Both the position numbers and the translations under genes were made by a program. A stretch of 64,000 nt of DNA from Candidatus Latescibacterota bacterium (GTDB lineage Bacteria > Latescibacterota > UBA2968 > GCA-2709665): the NCBI GenBank assembly GCA_965208835.1, contig OZ242358.1:2176001-2240000 (forward strand), written 5' to 3'. Position 1 is the first letter of the stretch. The number at the start of each line of letters is the position of its first letter. A model generated the notes under the pieces. That model saw only the letters and a program-made list of their open reading frames with translations, made no database searches and had not been told where the DNA came from. Below are positions 33,842-44,358 of the stretch, piece by piece.

Positions 33842-36016
33842 ATGAGGTTCAGGATCAGCAGTGTGTTGAAATACTACGTGCGCCGGATGCTGCTCTATTG
33901 CGGCATATGTGTGCTGGTTTACGCTGGCGTCGCTGGAGGGGTGGTACTTCGTTTCAAGGACGAGTTGCCTTCTTTCGCGCAGTTGGAGGAGGTGGAGCCG
34001 GCGCGCACGACCCGCATCATTGCAGCCGACGGCGCGGTGCTGAAGCGGTTCTGGGTCGAGAACCGGGTGCCGATAACTTACAATCAGATACCTGAAGCCG
34101 CAATCTCGGCGCTGACCGCGACCGAGGATCAGCTCTTCTGGCGTCACTGGGGCGTGAGTCTTCCCGATATTTTTCGCGCCGTCTTGCGCAACCTGACGCA
34201 GGAGGGCAGTCTGAAGGGCCACGGCGCCAGCACGATAACGCAGCAACTCGCCCGGAACCTGTTTCTCGATCAGAAACAGACGTGGACACGCAAGGTGAAG
34301 GAACAGTTGACAGCCGTGCTGCTCGAACGGACGTATACGAAACGTGAAATTATCGAGATATATTTCAACAAGGTCCTGTTCGGCAACGGTGCATACGGTC
34401 TTCAGTCCGCGGCGGAGCGTTTTTTCGGAAAAGACGCCGGAGAGTTGGCGCTGGAGGAGTGCGCGCTGCTGGTCGGTCTGCTGAGAGGACCGTATTTCTA
34501 CTCGCCAATCAACCATCCCCGGCGGGCCAGAGACCGGCGCGACCTGGTCCTTCGATTGATGCGAAGCACGGGTCGAATCACCCGGGCTCAATACCTTTCT
34601 GCGACGCGGCAACCGATTGTCCTGAAAGATGCCAGGGATGAAGAGATCGGTGAAGCGCCGTATTTCACGGAGTACATCCGACGGTATCTGGAGGTGAATT
34701 ACGGTTGGAATCTCCTGTACAAGGACGGCGCTTCGGTCTATTCGACAGTGGACAGCCGAATCCAGTCAATCGCGGAGGAAACCCTGCTGGACCACCTGAA
34801 AAGTGTTCAGAAACGTGTAGATGCGAAACGACGGTGGAGCCGGCCGGATTCGGCTTTCTGGGCCGGAATCAACACCCTGGAAGACACGCTGAGGGCTACC
34901 GTGGTACAGGGAGCCCTGGTCGCCATGGACACCCGCACGGGGCATATTCTGGCCATGGTTGGCGGCCGCGACTTCACCGAGACAAAGTTCAACCGGGCGG
35001 TTCAGGCGCTGCGTCAGCCCGGATCGGCATTCAAGCCGATCATCTACGCGTCCGCAGTCGCGCAAAAGATCCCGGCCACGCGCCGGTATCCGGATACGGC
35101 CGTTACCGTAGAGATGTTTGATGGCAGCCTGTGGCGGCCGCAGAACTACGATCGGAAGTTTCTGGGCTGGATGACGATGCGGGAGGGTCTCGCCATGTCG
35201 AGGAATGTGGTGACCACGAAGATTCTGGAAGATATCGGACCCCGTACCGCGGTGCGACAGGCGAAGCGAATGGGAATTGCGAGCAGGATCAGGCCCGTGA
35301 AGTCCCTCGGTATGGGTACAAGTGAAGTGAAACTGATCGACCTTGTATCCGCCTACGGCACGTTCCCCAACGGAGGCATCCGCGTGGAGCCGGTTGCCAT
35401 CCTGAAGATCACGGACAAGGACGGCAACGTTATTGAAAGCCGGGTTCAGGGCAGAGAGCAGGAGGCGCTCAGTGCTGAGGCGGCCGCTGTGGCGACGAGC
35501 CTGCTCCGGTCTGTAATGGATATGTATAAGCAGACCCCCAAGGGTGTCTGGCGCGGTACCGGTACGGGCGCACGATCGGTCTACGGGTTTCGGCGGCCGG
35601 CGGCAGGAAAAACGGGTACCACCCAGAACTTCGCGGACGCGTGGTTTGTAGGCTTCACGCCGCAGATCGTGGCTGGCGTGTGGGTAGGGTTCGACGACTA
35701 TCGGGTCTCGCTGGGAAGCCGGATGTCGGGCGCGGCGGTAGCATTGCCGGTATGGGCGAAATTCATGAAGAAAGCACACGAGAAACTGGGTTTGCCCAAG
35801 GAGGAATTCGAGTTGCCGCCGGGGGTCGCACAGTTGGAGGTATGCGGCGATACGTTCGAGGTGGCGTCGATGTATTGTCCGAACCGCCTGGAAGAAGTGT
35901 TCGTGCCCGGATCCGAGCCCACGTCTCCCTGTCCGGACCATACGGCGGCGGTGGTCAGAACTCCGGGCCTGAAGAAACAGGATCGTGAGAACGCGAAAAG
36001 AGCATATCAGTTTTAA
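33842..36016 (+). CDS. mrcA: Class A penicillin-binding protein (PBP1A family)
   Basis: N-terminal TM; transglycosylase EDQLF, GASTITQQLARN, RKVKE; transpeptidase SAFK, SRN, KTG. Confidence 0.95.
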   Translation: MRFRISSVLKYYVRRMLLYCGICVLVYAGVAGGVVLRFKDELPSFAQLEEVEPARTTRIIAADGAVLKRFWVENRVPITYNQIPEAAISALTATEDQLFWRHWGVSLPDIFRAVLRNLTQEGSLKGHGASTITQQLARNLFLDQKQTWTRKVKEQLTAVLLERTYTKREIIEIYFNKVLFGNGAYGLQSAAERFFGKDAGELALEECALLVGLLRGPYFYSPINHPRRARDRRDLVLRLMRSTGRITRAQYLSATRQPIVLKDARDEEIGEAPYFTEYIRRYLEVNYGWNLLYKDGASVYSTVDSRIQSIAEETLLDHLKSVQKRVDAKRRWSRPDSAFWAGINTLEDTLRATVVQGALVAMDTRTGHILAMVGGRDFTETKFNRAVQALRQPGSAFKPIIYASAVAQKIPATRRYPDTAVTVEMFDGSLWRPQNYDRKFLGWMTMREGLAMSRNVVTTKILEDIGPRTAVRQAKRMGIASRIRPVKSLGMGTSEVKLIDLVSAYGTFPNGGIRVEPVAILKITDKDGNVIESRVQGREQEALSAEAAAVATSLLRSVMDMYKQTPKGVWRGTGTGARSVYGFRRPAAGKTGTTQNFADAWFVGFTPQIVAGVWVGFDDYRVSLGSRMSGAAVALPVWAKFMKKAHEKLGLPKEEFELPPGVAQLEVCGDTFEVASMYCPNRLEEVFVPGSEPTSPCPDHTAAVVRTPGLKKQDRENAKRAYQF

Positions 36017-36075
36017 TGGATACGCGCGGTCCGCGCCCCGACCTGGCAGTAAGACATGGGCCCGGAAGGACAACA

Positions 36076-36108
36076 AAGAAGCCCGGCGAGACTATCGCCG
36101 GGCTTCTT
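36076..36108. terminator. Bidirectional terminator hairpin
   Basis: AAGAAGCCCGGCGA-GACTA-TCGCCGGGCTTCTT between convergent PBP1A and secDF. Confidence 0.8.
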
Positions 36109-36130
36109 CAATTCGGTTGGGATTGTCCCG

Positions 36131-38683
36131 TTATGCTCTCGCACGACGCGCGGCGGCGACCGCGGTCTCCTTCCGGCGATCGAGAGCATTCTGCCAGACC
36201 AGCACCAGCGGACTGGCCACGAACGAGGAAGAGTAGGTTCCTATAATTACCCCGATCATCAGAGCGAAGGCAAAGTCGCGAATGACCTCCCCACCCAGGA
36301 GAAGCAGGCCCAGAACCACGAGCAGGGTTGTACCGGAGGTGAGTACGGTACGATTCAGGCTTTCATTGATGCTCCGGTTGATGACCTCAGCCGAACTGTC
36401 TCGGCGGTAGAGCTTTCGATTCTCACGGATGCGGTCATAGACCACAATGGTATCGTTCAGTGAGTATCCGACGATCGTAAGCAGCGCTGCCACGATGGCG
36501 AGAGATATCTCTTTATCCATCAGGGAAAACACGCCCAGGGTGATCAGGACGTCGTGGAAAAGCGCCACCACGGCGGCAATGCCAAACTGAATCTGCTTGA
36601 AACGCCACCAGATGTAAAAGACGATCAGAACCAGAGAGACGAGGATGGCATTTACCGCATTCTGTTTGAGTTCGCTGCCGATTTTGGGCCCAACCGCCTC
36701 CTGCCGCCGCAGCCATTGTGTTGGATCGGGAATGCTCGCCCCGAACTCCGTTTTGAGCGTGTTTTTTATTGCATCCGCCGTGACTGTTCCTTCCGCTTCT
36801 TCCTCAACGCGAATGAGTATATCGGATGCCGGGCCGAAGACCTTGATTTCGCTGTGTCTGAGGTCTCGTCTTTCACCCTTGACGTCGACGTCCTGCAGGG
36901 CATCTCTCAGATTTGCGACCTCAACCGGAGGATTGAAATGCAGCTCCAGCAGCGTGCCGCCTGCGAAGTCGATGCCGAGGTTGTAGCCCCCCTTCGTAAT
37001 CGTGGAGCCCACTCCGATCAGTATAAGAAACGCCGACAGAACGAATGCCGGTTTGCGCAGGCTGAGAAAGTCGAACGAAGGACGACGGAATACGGTCAGT
37101 CTGCCGATGCTGATGGAGGTGAGCTGCCAGCGATTGATCGCAATATTGAAGAGGGTTCGGGTGACGAACAGTGCGGTGTACATGCTGCAGAGGATACCGA
37201 CCATCAGCGTCAGTGCGAAGCCCCGGATGGGACCCGTACCGAACTGATAGAGTACGACGGCGGTGATGATCGTGGTAATGTTGGCGTCGACAATGGTGAG
37301 CAGCGCTCTGCCGTATCCGTCTTCCACGGCGACACGGACGGTCTTGCCGTTGCGCAACTCTTCGCGGATACGCTCGAAGATGAGCACGTTGGCGTCGACG
37401 GCCATACCGATGGTCAGGATAATACCGGCGATTCCGGGCAGAGTGAGTGTCCCGCCAAACCCGGCGAGTACCGCCATCACGAACACGAGATTCAGGAACA
37501 ACGCAAAGTTCGCGACGATCCCGGAAAGGCCGTAATAGAGAATCATGAACACCATTACGATGGCCAGGCCGATCAGGGCGGCCTTCCGCCCCTGCTCGAT
37601 GGAGTCCCTTCCGAGCGAAGGACCGACCGTCCGGTCTTCTACGATAGGCGCGTTGGCAGGAAGGGCGCCCGCCCGCAAGACAATGGCCAGATCTTTCGCT
37701 TCCTCCAGGTCTCCACTGCCTTCGATAATGGACCGCCCGTCGCGAATCTTGGCGCGAATGGTCGGCGCCGAGTATACCTGGTCATCGAGAATGATGGCCA
37801 TGCGTTCTTCCAGGTGGGCGCCTGTCACCCGGGAGAAGAGCTTGATACCGTCGTTGGTTGTGGTGAAGTTGATGATGGGCTGCCCTGCGTTTTCGAAACT
37901 CTGACCCTTGGTCACTTTTGCGTCCTGGACGATTTCGCCGGTCATTTCGATGCGCCTGTACAGATAGTAGAGGCGGCGGTACTTCTGACCATCGCCGAAT
38001 TCCTCCACTTCGTTTCCCCACAGGAACTGGGTATCGTCCGGAATAAGCCCCTGGATTTCAGGATCTTCGAACAGCAGGGCCTTTACGGTCTGTATTCTGT
38101 CGGCGGGAACAATCAGATCTTCTCCCACGGAGAGTACGTACCGTTTGATCGACGGTTTTTCATCTTCGGCCTCTTCCTCGAATAGGCCGGCTGCGTCCCG
38201 TCTTGTCGAGTCTTCTCCGGCCCGCGTGGCCAGGCGCGATTCGATTTTGTCGATCAGGCTGAAGCGGTCGGTTACAGGCGCGAGGATCTTGAACTCGAGC
38301 CGGGCCTGCGTCTGAATGAGATTCTTGGCGCGCTCCACGTCCTGAACGCCGGGAAGTTCAACCACGATCCGCCACTCGCCCTCCCGGTGGATAATGGGTT
38401 CGGCCACACCGAACTGATCGACCCGGTTGGTGATGATCTCCTTGACGCGATCGACGACGTCCGTCCGCTCGTCTTCGGAGAGTCCGGTCGGATCCACCTC
38501 GAGTACCAGATGGATGCCGCCCTGAAGATCCAGACCCAGGTTGACGGCTTCCCTTTTGGCGGCTTCGAGTCTGTCGGGATCCGAAGGCGGATCGAAGTAG
38601 TACCGGTACGTGGGAAAGAGGTAATACACGGCCAGCAGGATTGAAGCGAGGATAATCAGAACGCGCAGGTTATCTCTTTTCAT
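36131..38683 (-). CDS. secDF: Fused protein translocase SecDF
   Basis: LGLDLQGG, GVAEP, VGPSLG, GMAVDANVLIFERIREE, LGIDFAGG, GYSLNDTIVVYDRIRE. Confidence 0.97.
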   Translation of the reverse strand: MKRDNLRVLIILASILLAVYYLFPTYRYYFDPPSDPDRLEAAKREAVNLGLDLQGGIHLVLEVDPTGLSEDERTDVVDRVKEIITNRVDQFGVAEPIIHREGEWRIVVELPGVQDVERAKNLIQTQARLEFKILAPVTDRFSLIDKIESRLATRAGEDSTRRDAAGLFEEEAEDEKPSIKRYVLSVGEDLIVPADRIQTVKALLFEDPEIQGLIPDDTQFLWGNEVEEFGDGQKYRRLYYLYRRIEMTGEIVQDAKVTKGQSFENAGQPIINFTTTNDGIKLFSRVTGAHLEERMAIILDDQVYSAPTIRAKIRDGRSIIEGSGDLEEAKDLAIVLRAGALPANAPIVEDRTVGPSLGRDSIEQGRKAALIGLAIVMVFMILYYGLSGIVANFALFLNLVFVMAVLAGFGGTLTLPGIAGIILTIGMAVDANVLIFERIREELRNGKTVRVAVEDGYGRALLTIVDANITTIITAVVLYQFGTGPIRGFALTLMVGILCSMYTALFVTRTLFNIAINRWQLTSISIGRLTVFRRPSFDFLSLRKPAFVLSAFLILIGVGSTITKGGYNLGIDFAGGTLLELHFNPPVEVANLRDALQDVDVKGERRDLRHSEIKVFGPASDILIRVEEEAEGTVTADAIKNTLKTEFGASIPDPTQWLRRQEAVGPKIGSELKQNAVNAILVSLVLIVFYIWWRFKQIQFGIAAVVALFHDVLITLGVFSLMDKEISLAIVAALLTIVGYSLNDTIVVYDRIRENRKLYRRDSSAEVINRSINESLNRTVLTSGTTLLVVLGLLLLGGEVIRDFAFALMIGVIIGTYSSSFVASPLVLVWQNALDRRKETAVAAARRARA

Positions 38684-38768
38684 TATCGAATCTTGACTCC
38701 TGTAAGCTCGACGGCTCCGGGTACGGAGTGGCGTCGGGCGACAATGTTGTTCCTCCGGACAAGACGGT

Positions 38769-39734
38769 CTACTTCTGCCGGTCGACCACGTGTCTCACAG
38801 CGAGTTCCAGCGCATTTCGCGCTTCCGATGACTTCAGTTCCGCCAGACTCCTGAGACCGGAGGACGCGTACTTCCGTGCTTCCTGGCGGGCGGCCTCGAT
38901 ACCGTCGTAACGCCTGACGAAGCGAAAAACCTCATGGAGCTCCGCATCGGATTCTATGCCGTTCCGCACCTTCGCCTGGATCGTTTCGGCATCGCCGTTG
39001 GGACAATTGGCCAGCGCGCGAATGAGCGGCAACGTCAGTTTTCTCTCCCGTACATCGGTCCCCACCGGCTTGCCGAGAGACGCTTCGTCGCCAATGAAGT
39101 CCAGGAGATCGTCGGTAATCTGGAAGGCGATTCCCACGTCCTGTCCGAACGTGGACATCCGGGAGACCTGCTCGGGCGTGCCGCCCGCCAGAATGGCTCC
39201 AACCTCGCAGGCAAGGGCCATCAGCGATGCGGTCTTCTTGTCGATCATCTTGAAATAGCGTGCCGCCTCCGCGTCGTTTCCGCTCTCCACTTCCAGTATT
39301 TCACCCTCGATCATCCGACTCACTGCACGCGTGGCGGCTCGCATCACGTCCATGGAGTCGAGGCCGACCAGAAGTTGCAAAGCCCTGGCCAGGAGAAAGT
39401 CCCCCATCAGGACGGCGGCCTTGTTGCCCCACCTCAGGTTGAGGACCTCCGCGCCCCGGCGTTTGTCGGCAAGGTCGATGACGTCATCGTGGATTAATGT
39501 CGCCGTGTGGATGATTTCAATGCCGGCAGCGGCATCCACCACCCTGTCGGAACATCGTCCGATGGCCTGTGCGGTCAGCAGAGAGAGGGCCGGGCGGATG
39601 ATCTTGCCCTTCGTCGTCAGAATATGGCTGCCCATGGCCTGAACCAGATTCACATCGGAGGCGAGCGTCTCAGTGAATCGCCTTTCGAATCGCTCGATCT
39701 GGGGCTGTATGGGCTGAAGAATCTGATCTAGCAT
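38769..39734 (-). CDS. Long-chain polyprenyl diphosphate synthase (IspB/HepT type)
   Basis: GKIIRP, ATLIHDDVID..KRRG, KTASL, FQITDDLLD, GKPVGTD. Confidence 0.95.
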   Translation of the reverse strand: MLDQILQPIQPQIERFERRFTETLASDVNLVQAMGSHILTTKGKIIRPALSLLTAQAIGRCSDRVVDAAAGIEIIHTATLIHDDVIDLADKRRGAEVLNLRWGNKAAVLMGDFLLARALQLLVGLDSMDVMRAATRAVSRMIEGEILEVESGNDAEAARYFKMIDKKTASLMALACEVGAILAGGTPEQVSRMSTFGQDVGIAFQITDDLLDFIGDEASLGKPVGTDVRERKLTLPLIRALANCPNGDAETIQAKVRNGIESDAELHEVFRFVRRYDGIEAARQEARKYASSGLRSLAELKSSEARNALELAVRHVVDRQK

Positions 39735-39849
39735 AGGGTTTTGGCTTCGACGCGCGCCGGTTGCGGTTCGGGCTTGAGAATTCGGCAGTTTCAATGGCCG
39801 GACAAGACCTTTGAACGTAACAAAAACGGGTCTGTTTGTCAATCAATTG

Positions 39850-42567
39850 CTACCCACTCACGCTGCGTATTATTTCCCATCGTTCGGCGGGAATGGCATC
39901 ATATCCGAGACCTTCGCGTTTGGTGTAGACGTACGTCGATTGATCGTCGGACTCGATATGCAGAATGGGGTACCCCGTGTCGTAGGCGCCGCCCCGGACC
40001 ATCAGTGTGCGTCCGATCGGACTCCCGTTGGACGGGATCCGGTCGATCCGGTAACGGCTGCTGGTATTGTCGGTACTCACGTCGAGTATTCTTCCGCCGA
40101 CAACCGGCGCCTCCAGTTCCAGCGCGCAATCGTCGAGTCTGGCCATTGTGCCGCCAAGTAGATATGCAAACGCCGGTTGTCCGTCCCGGGCCATGGAGAA
40201 TACGGAAACCCGGCCGTTTGTTTCAAGTGTTCCATGTGGAAAGTCAAAAACAGCAGTCTGACCTTCGGGACAGACCACAACGATGTCCGTGCCCGATTCC
40301 CGTGAGACGACAACCCCCGCGGCGTCACCGGAAACGGGGGCGAAGCGCTCCACCGACGTAACGTACGGGCGGGAACGGGGACTGACGTCGAAAAGGCTCA
40401 GAAAGACGCTCCGGGCGGGAAGGCCGGTGCGGCGGCGGACCACATACGGTAGGGTTTCACCGGTTTTGACATTGTCGTGTGAGCCCGTGCCCCGTTCGCC
40501 CCAGCCCCTTCCGATAAACACCTGCTCGTCGGCGTCTGGCAGCGCATGCGCGGTGAACCGCTGCCCGCCCATATCGAAGTGGATCGACCATGTCTTATCG
40601 GCCCGGGCCGCGGCCAGACCCGTCAGGTCCCGCCATTCGGCCCCGGTCGGCTGGAGGTCCAGGTTCCGCGTTTCGCCTTCGGCGACCGGTCCGTGGAAAA
40701 GATAATCGTGAACGCGGCCGCCGGTCACACTGAAGCAATCGATCAGATAGCTGCCTGCGCCGCCATGGTCGATTACCGTGCACAGGCGGCGATAGGTATC
40801 GACGTCGTAGGCTCTGGAAGAAACTTCGGCGACCTTGACCCGACCGGTACTGTCGAACAGATGGAGGCCGCCGCCGCGGCCGTCGCGTTTCTGGTCCTGT
40901 TCGTCGACGACCACCGTGTTGTGCGCGATGGTGCGAACGGTATTTTGTTTATCCGGCCGGTCCCAGAGGTAACCCAGGTCGGTCAGGACTTCCCGTCCGT
41001 CTTTCCAGTAGACAAGATTCAGGCTGTCTTCGTGGTGATGTCCGCCCCAGTCCGAGGCGCTGAGGAGTGCGGTACTCGCGCGCCCGTTATCGCCGGTGCG
41101 CAGCAGGCCGATTCGCAGGGACGGAAAGAATTGATCCGTGAGGAACAGTGGAGCCGCCGGGTCGGCTTTCAAGTCCGGGTCGCGGTGGAAGAGTGCATAC
41201 TCCCCGCCGTGATTCTCCAGATCGAATTCGCACAGTTCGGCGAGCAGGGCGGTGTGGTTCGCGTCGCCGTAGCGGGCGGCGATTATATCGGCAATATCGA
41301 CGGACATCCTGCAGACGGTTACGTCGTCGGCGATAACGCCGTACCCCAGATCGGGCATCGGGCTCTTGACGTATCCCTCCAGAACCGCCCTGTACCGGCT
41401 GTCTCCGTAGATGTCCAGGCTCTGCGAGTGGCCTTCCGCGGAGCCGGAGTCCGCCGGGAATGAGTACCCGTGCGCGGCGTCCGCGAAGTGTCGGATGCCA
41501 TTGAGCGTCATGAATCCGTAACCGGGAGATTCGGAACTCATGCCGTCGTCCAGAAACCAGTTGTAGACGAAATGATTGAACCCGTCCAGGCCGAAGCGGA
41601 CCAGGACGGGATCGTCGAGACAGAGTCCGACGAGGCCCGCGGCGGAGCGGTTGGTCGCGCTCTTGTTGTTGAAGGCGGGATCGGCCAGCAGCAGGATCGT
41701 GCTTTCATGGAGGAGGTCGCGTTCGATCTTCCGGCGCGCGTCCCGGGTATACACGGGACGGCCGGCGGCTCCTGCGCCGCGCGTGAGGTCGTAGGCGATG
41801 GTGACGTCTGAGACGAAGGTGCCTTCCATGCCCACGCCCGTGGCGCGCCCGGCCATCCAGTAGCCCACGTGCAGTCTGCGGTCCGGCCGGTTTGGCGGCA
41901 CCACCAGTTCCGGCCTGGGCAGATCCAGGATGTTTTTCGCGGCGACCTCGGCTGGCGCGTCCGAGAATTCGCCGTATCCCGAGTGAACCATGTAACCCGG
42001 ATAGACTTCGGCGAAACGCAGGAGGATATCCCTGGACCGCTCCGCGTGTCCTATCTCCTCTGTCAGCACGTAGGCCAGCGCGCACTGGCGCGCCATGCGC
42101 GCCATGTACTCGCATTTTCGTGCCCGGATGTTGGCGGTCCAGGACGAGACGAAGGGGAATCCGATCAGGTCCCAGTGTCTGCCCGTATAATACGTGATTT
42201 CCTGTCCTCCGCCGAAGTCGGTCCTGAATACGACGTCTTCCGGGTAGTCCGAGTTGGGATAGACGGTCTTGCACGTCGTACAGATCAGTTGATCGGGACT
42301 TTCCGGTTTCCAGCTGTAGTGCCCGTGCACGGGGGCCGCTTCGCAGGCAGGGCACATGGTAAAGAGCTCGCTGTTGGGAGTCTCGCGGGGAATCCACTGA
42401 CTCAAATCGGCTCTCGTCAGATGGGGTACGACGGCGATCGACTCGAGTAACTCTTTCAGAAATCGTCGGGCCCAGGCGTGGCGCTCGATGTTCATGCGGG
42501 CGACTTCGAGATCCTGCTGTTTGAAGAGGGTTGAGGGGGGGCGGACTGGACTGGTGTCGATCTCCAT
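39850..42567 (-). CDS. Heparinase II/III-family polysaccharide-lyase-like protein with an N-terminal Cys4 motif
   Basis: ESPGYG, GHHHEDSLNL, DLGY, TIAHNTVVVD; CPAC..CTTC; no signal peptide. Confidence 0.8.
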   Translation of the reverse strand: MEIDTSPVRPPSTLFKQQDLEVARMNIERHAWARRFLKELLESIAVVPHLTRADLSQWIPRETPNSELFTMCPACEAAPVHGHYSWKPESPDQLICTTCKTVYPNSDYPEDVVFRTDFGGGQEITYYTGRHWDLIGFPFVSSWTANIRARKCEYMARMARQCALAYVLTEEIGHAERSRDILLRFAEVYPGYMVHSGYGEFSDAPAEVAAKNILDLPRPELVVPPNRPDRRLHVGYWMAGRATGVGMEGTFVSDVTIAYDLTRGAGAAGRPVYTRDARRKIERDLLHESTILLLADPAFNNKSATNRSAAGLVGLCLDDPVLVRFGLDGFNHFVYNWFLDDGMSSESPGYGFMTLNGIRHFADAAHGYSFPADSGSAEGHSQSLDIYGDSRYRAVLEGYVKSPMPDLGYGVIADDVTVCRMSVDIADIIAARYGDANHTALLAELCEFDLENHGGEYALFHRDPDLKADPAAPLFLTDQFFPSLRIGLLRTGDNGRASTALLSASDWGGHHHEDSLNLVYWKDGREVLTDLGYLWDRPDKQNTVRTIAHNTVVVDEQDQKRDGRGGGLHLFDSTGRVKVAEVSSRAYDVDTYRRLCTVIDHGGAGSYLIDCFSVTGGRVHDYLFHGPVAEGETRNLDLQPTGAEWRDLTGLAAARADKTWSIHFDMGGQRFTAHALPDADEQVFIGRGWGERGTGSHDNVKTGETLPYVVRRRTGLPARSVFLSLFDVSPRSRPYVTSVERFAPVSGDAAGVVVSRESGTDIVVVCPEGQTAVFDFPHGTLETNGRVSVFSMARDGQPAFAYLLGGTMARLDDCALELEAPVVGGRILDVSTDNTSSRYRIDRIPSNGSPIGRTLMVRGGAYDTGYPILHIESDDQSTYVYTKREGLGYDAIPAERWEIIRSVSG

Positions 42568-42710
42568 AGCGTTCTCGCGTTGAAACTGGTTTCGAACTCC
42601 CGGTGATCTCGTTCGGAAATGGATTTCCGGAGTCCGGCCGGCGGGTTGCGCGGGCGACAACGCCCCGGCACGGACGCCCTTCGATTGCCGAGACGGAGAC
42701 ATGAAGTCTG

Positions 42711-43457
42711 TTATCCCCGTGCCCGTTCCAGGTAATCGGCTGCTCCCGCAGCGATCCACGGGGCCAGAGTCGTCAATAGGAATCGTGCGCCGAGGTCGGT
42801 GTATTTTTCTACGTTATTGTTGGTCGTCAGTGTCCCCGGTGTACGTCCCGCGTCTCTGATGCGAATCAGCGTCTCGTCGACCGTGCGCTGTACATCGGGG
42901 TGGTCGTTGTTGCCGATATGGCCCATCGAAGCGGCCAGATCCGACGGCGCCACAAAGAAGACGTCGATTTGATCCACCCCGAGGATGGTATCCAGGTTTC
43001 GCACCGCGACGATGTCCTCAACGAGCACGACCAGAAGCGTCTCATCGTTTGCGGCATGCAGGTAATCGGGTACGCCGTAACCCTGGCGGCTGGTGAAGAG
43101 GCCGCGCTTGCCCAACGGCGCGAATTTACCGCCATCGACGACGTTGCGTGCCTCCGCCGCCGTATTGACGTGAGGAACGACGATGCCCTGCGCGCCCCGG
43201 TCCAGCGTGCGGTAAATAAGGGCCTGATCGTTGCGGTTGACCCTGACGATCGAGGTCATGCCCCAGATGTCGCAGGCCCTCGTGAGGTTGCCGAGGTCGG
43301 CCGCGTCGACGGGTCCGTGTTCTCCTTCCAGCCAGATGCCGTCGAAACCGGAGTCTCCGAATGCGTCGATGTCATCGGCATGCGTGAAGCCGCTTGCGAT
43401 GCAGGCGACTCCGCCCTCGGCGAGTCTTCGTTTGACGCGGTTCGGTCGGATAGTCAA
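42711..43457 (-). CDS. HpcH/HpaI-family aldolase
   Basis: NRVKRRL, GFDGIWLEGEHG, VRV, LDRGAQGIVVPHV, KFAPLGKRG, VAPSDL. Confidence 0.92.
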   Translation of the reverse strand: MTIRPNRVKRRLAEGGVACIASGFTHADDIDAFGDSGFDGIWLEGEHGPVDAADLGNLTRACDIWGMTSIVRVNRNDQALIYRTLDRGAQGIVVPHVNTAAEARNVVDGGKFAPLGKRGLFTSRQGYGVPDYLHAANDETLLVVLVEDIVAVRNLDTILGVDQIDVFFVAPSDLAASMGHIGNNDHPDVQRTVDETLIRIRDAGRTPGTLTTNNNVEKYTDLGARFLLTTLAPWIAAGAADYLERARG

Positions 43458-43532
43458 GTACGATTCTCCTTTTCGAATTGACAGCAGGGCCTGCAGCAGT
43501 TGAAGCCCCGTACAGGTCAGGTGGGCTCCACG

Positions 43533-44297
43533 TTAGAGATCGATGCTGACGGGCGCGTGGTCGGAGACGGTCAGACCGGCCTCGCGGTGGACGTCGGCAT
43601 TGCTGAATCGTGTGGCGACCGCGGCATTTCCAAGCAGGTAGTCGATTCGCCAGCCCCGATCCAGTTCGCGTGCGCGCCCGCGATTGGACCACCACGAATA
43701 GGGCCCCTGCACGTCTCCGAAATGCTGCCGGACAAAGTCGTTCCATCCGGTAGCCAGCAGGTCGGTCATCCACTGCCGTTCGTGGGGCAGGAATCCTGAG
43801 TTTTTCGCGTTTCCCGTGGCGTAGAAAATGTCTTTTTCCGTGTGAGCAATATTGAAGTCGCCGCCGAGGACCACCGGTTCGTCCCGGCGCGCGTAGGGCT
43901 CTGCCCAGGGCAGAAACCGGGCCATCCAGAGATCTTCCTTGATCTTCTGGCGATCTTCGCTGGACGAGCCCGAGGGCAGGTAAACGTTGATCACCCTGAC
44001 GCCCTGTACGCGAACCTGGAGGATCCTGCCTTCCGGATCGGACCCGTGGATACCGGCGCCGAGAACCTCGAACTTCTGGCGCGACCAGATCGCAACACCG
44101 GAGTACCCTTTGCGTTGCGCCGGATGCCAGTGAACATGCCAGCCGCGCGGATTGGCCCACTCTCCGGGCAGTTGTTCGGGGAGCGCCCGGATTTCCTGGA
44201 GGAGGAGTACGTCAGGCGCGATCCGTTCGACGTGCCCGGCAAAGCCCTTTCTGAGCGCTGCGCGCAGTCCGTTCACATTCCAGGTGGTAATTCGCAT
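43533..44297 (-). CDS. xth: Exodeoxyribonuclease III (AP endonuclease)
   Basis: TWNVNGLRA, LQE, GYSGVA, EGR, GDFNIAH, YSWW, GWRIDY, SDHAP. Confidence 0.96.
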   Translation of the reverse strand: MRITTWNVNGLRAALRKGFAGHVERIAPDVLLLQEIRALPEQLPGEWANPRGWHVHWHPAQRKGYSGVAIWSRQKFEVLGAGIHGSDPEGRILQVRVQGVRVINVYLPSGSSSEDRQKIKEDLWMARFLPWAEPYARRDEPVVLGGDFNIAHTEKDIFYATGNAKNSGFLPHERQWMTDLLATGWNDFVRQHFGDVQGPYSWWSNRGRARELDRGWRIDYLLGNAAVATRFSNADVHREAGLTVSDHAPVSIDL

Positions 44298-44358
44298 GGA
44301 CCGGGACGTTGTGAGAACACCGGCTTTGCCGGCGGTTGAATGGTTGGATGCTATGGGT

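Noticed and set aside
36554-38185. 543-aa plus-strand ORF
   Set aside because: Antisense shadow of secDF in GC-rich DNA, with no recognisable motifs.
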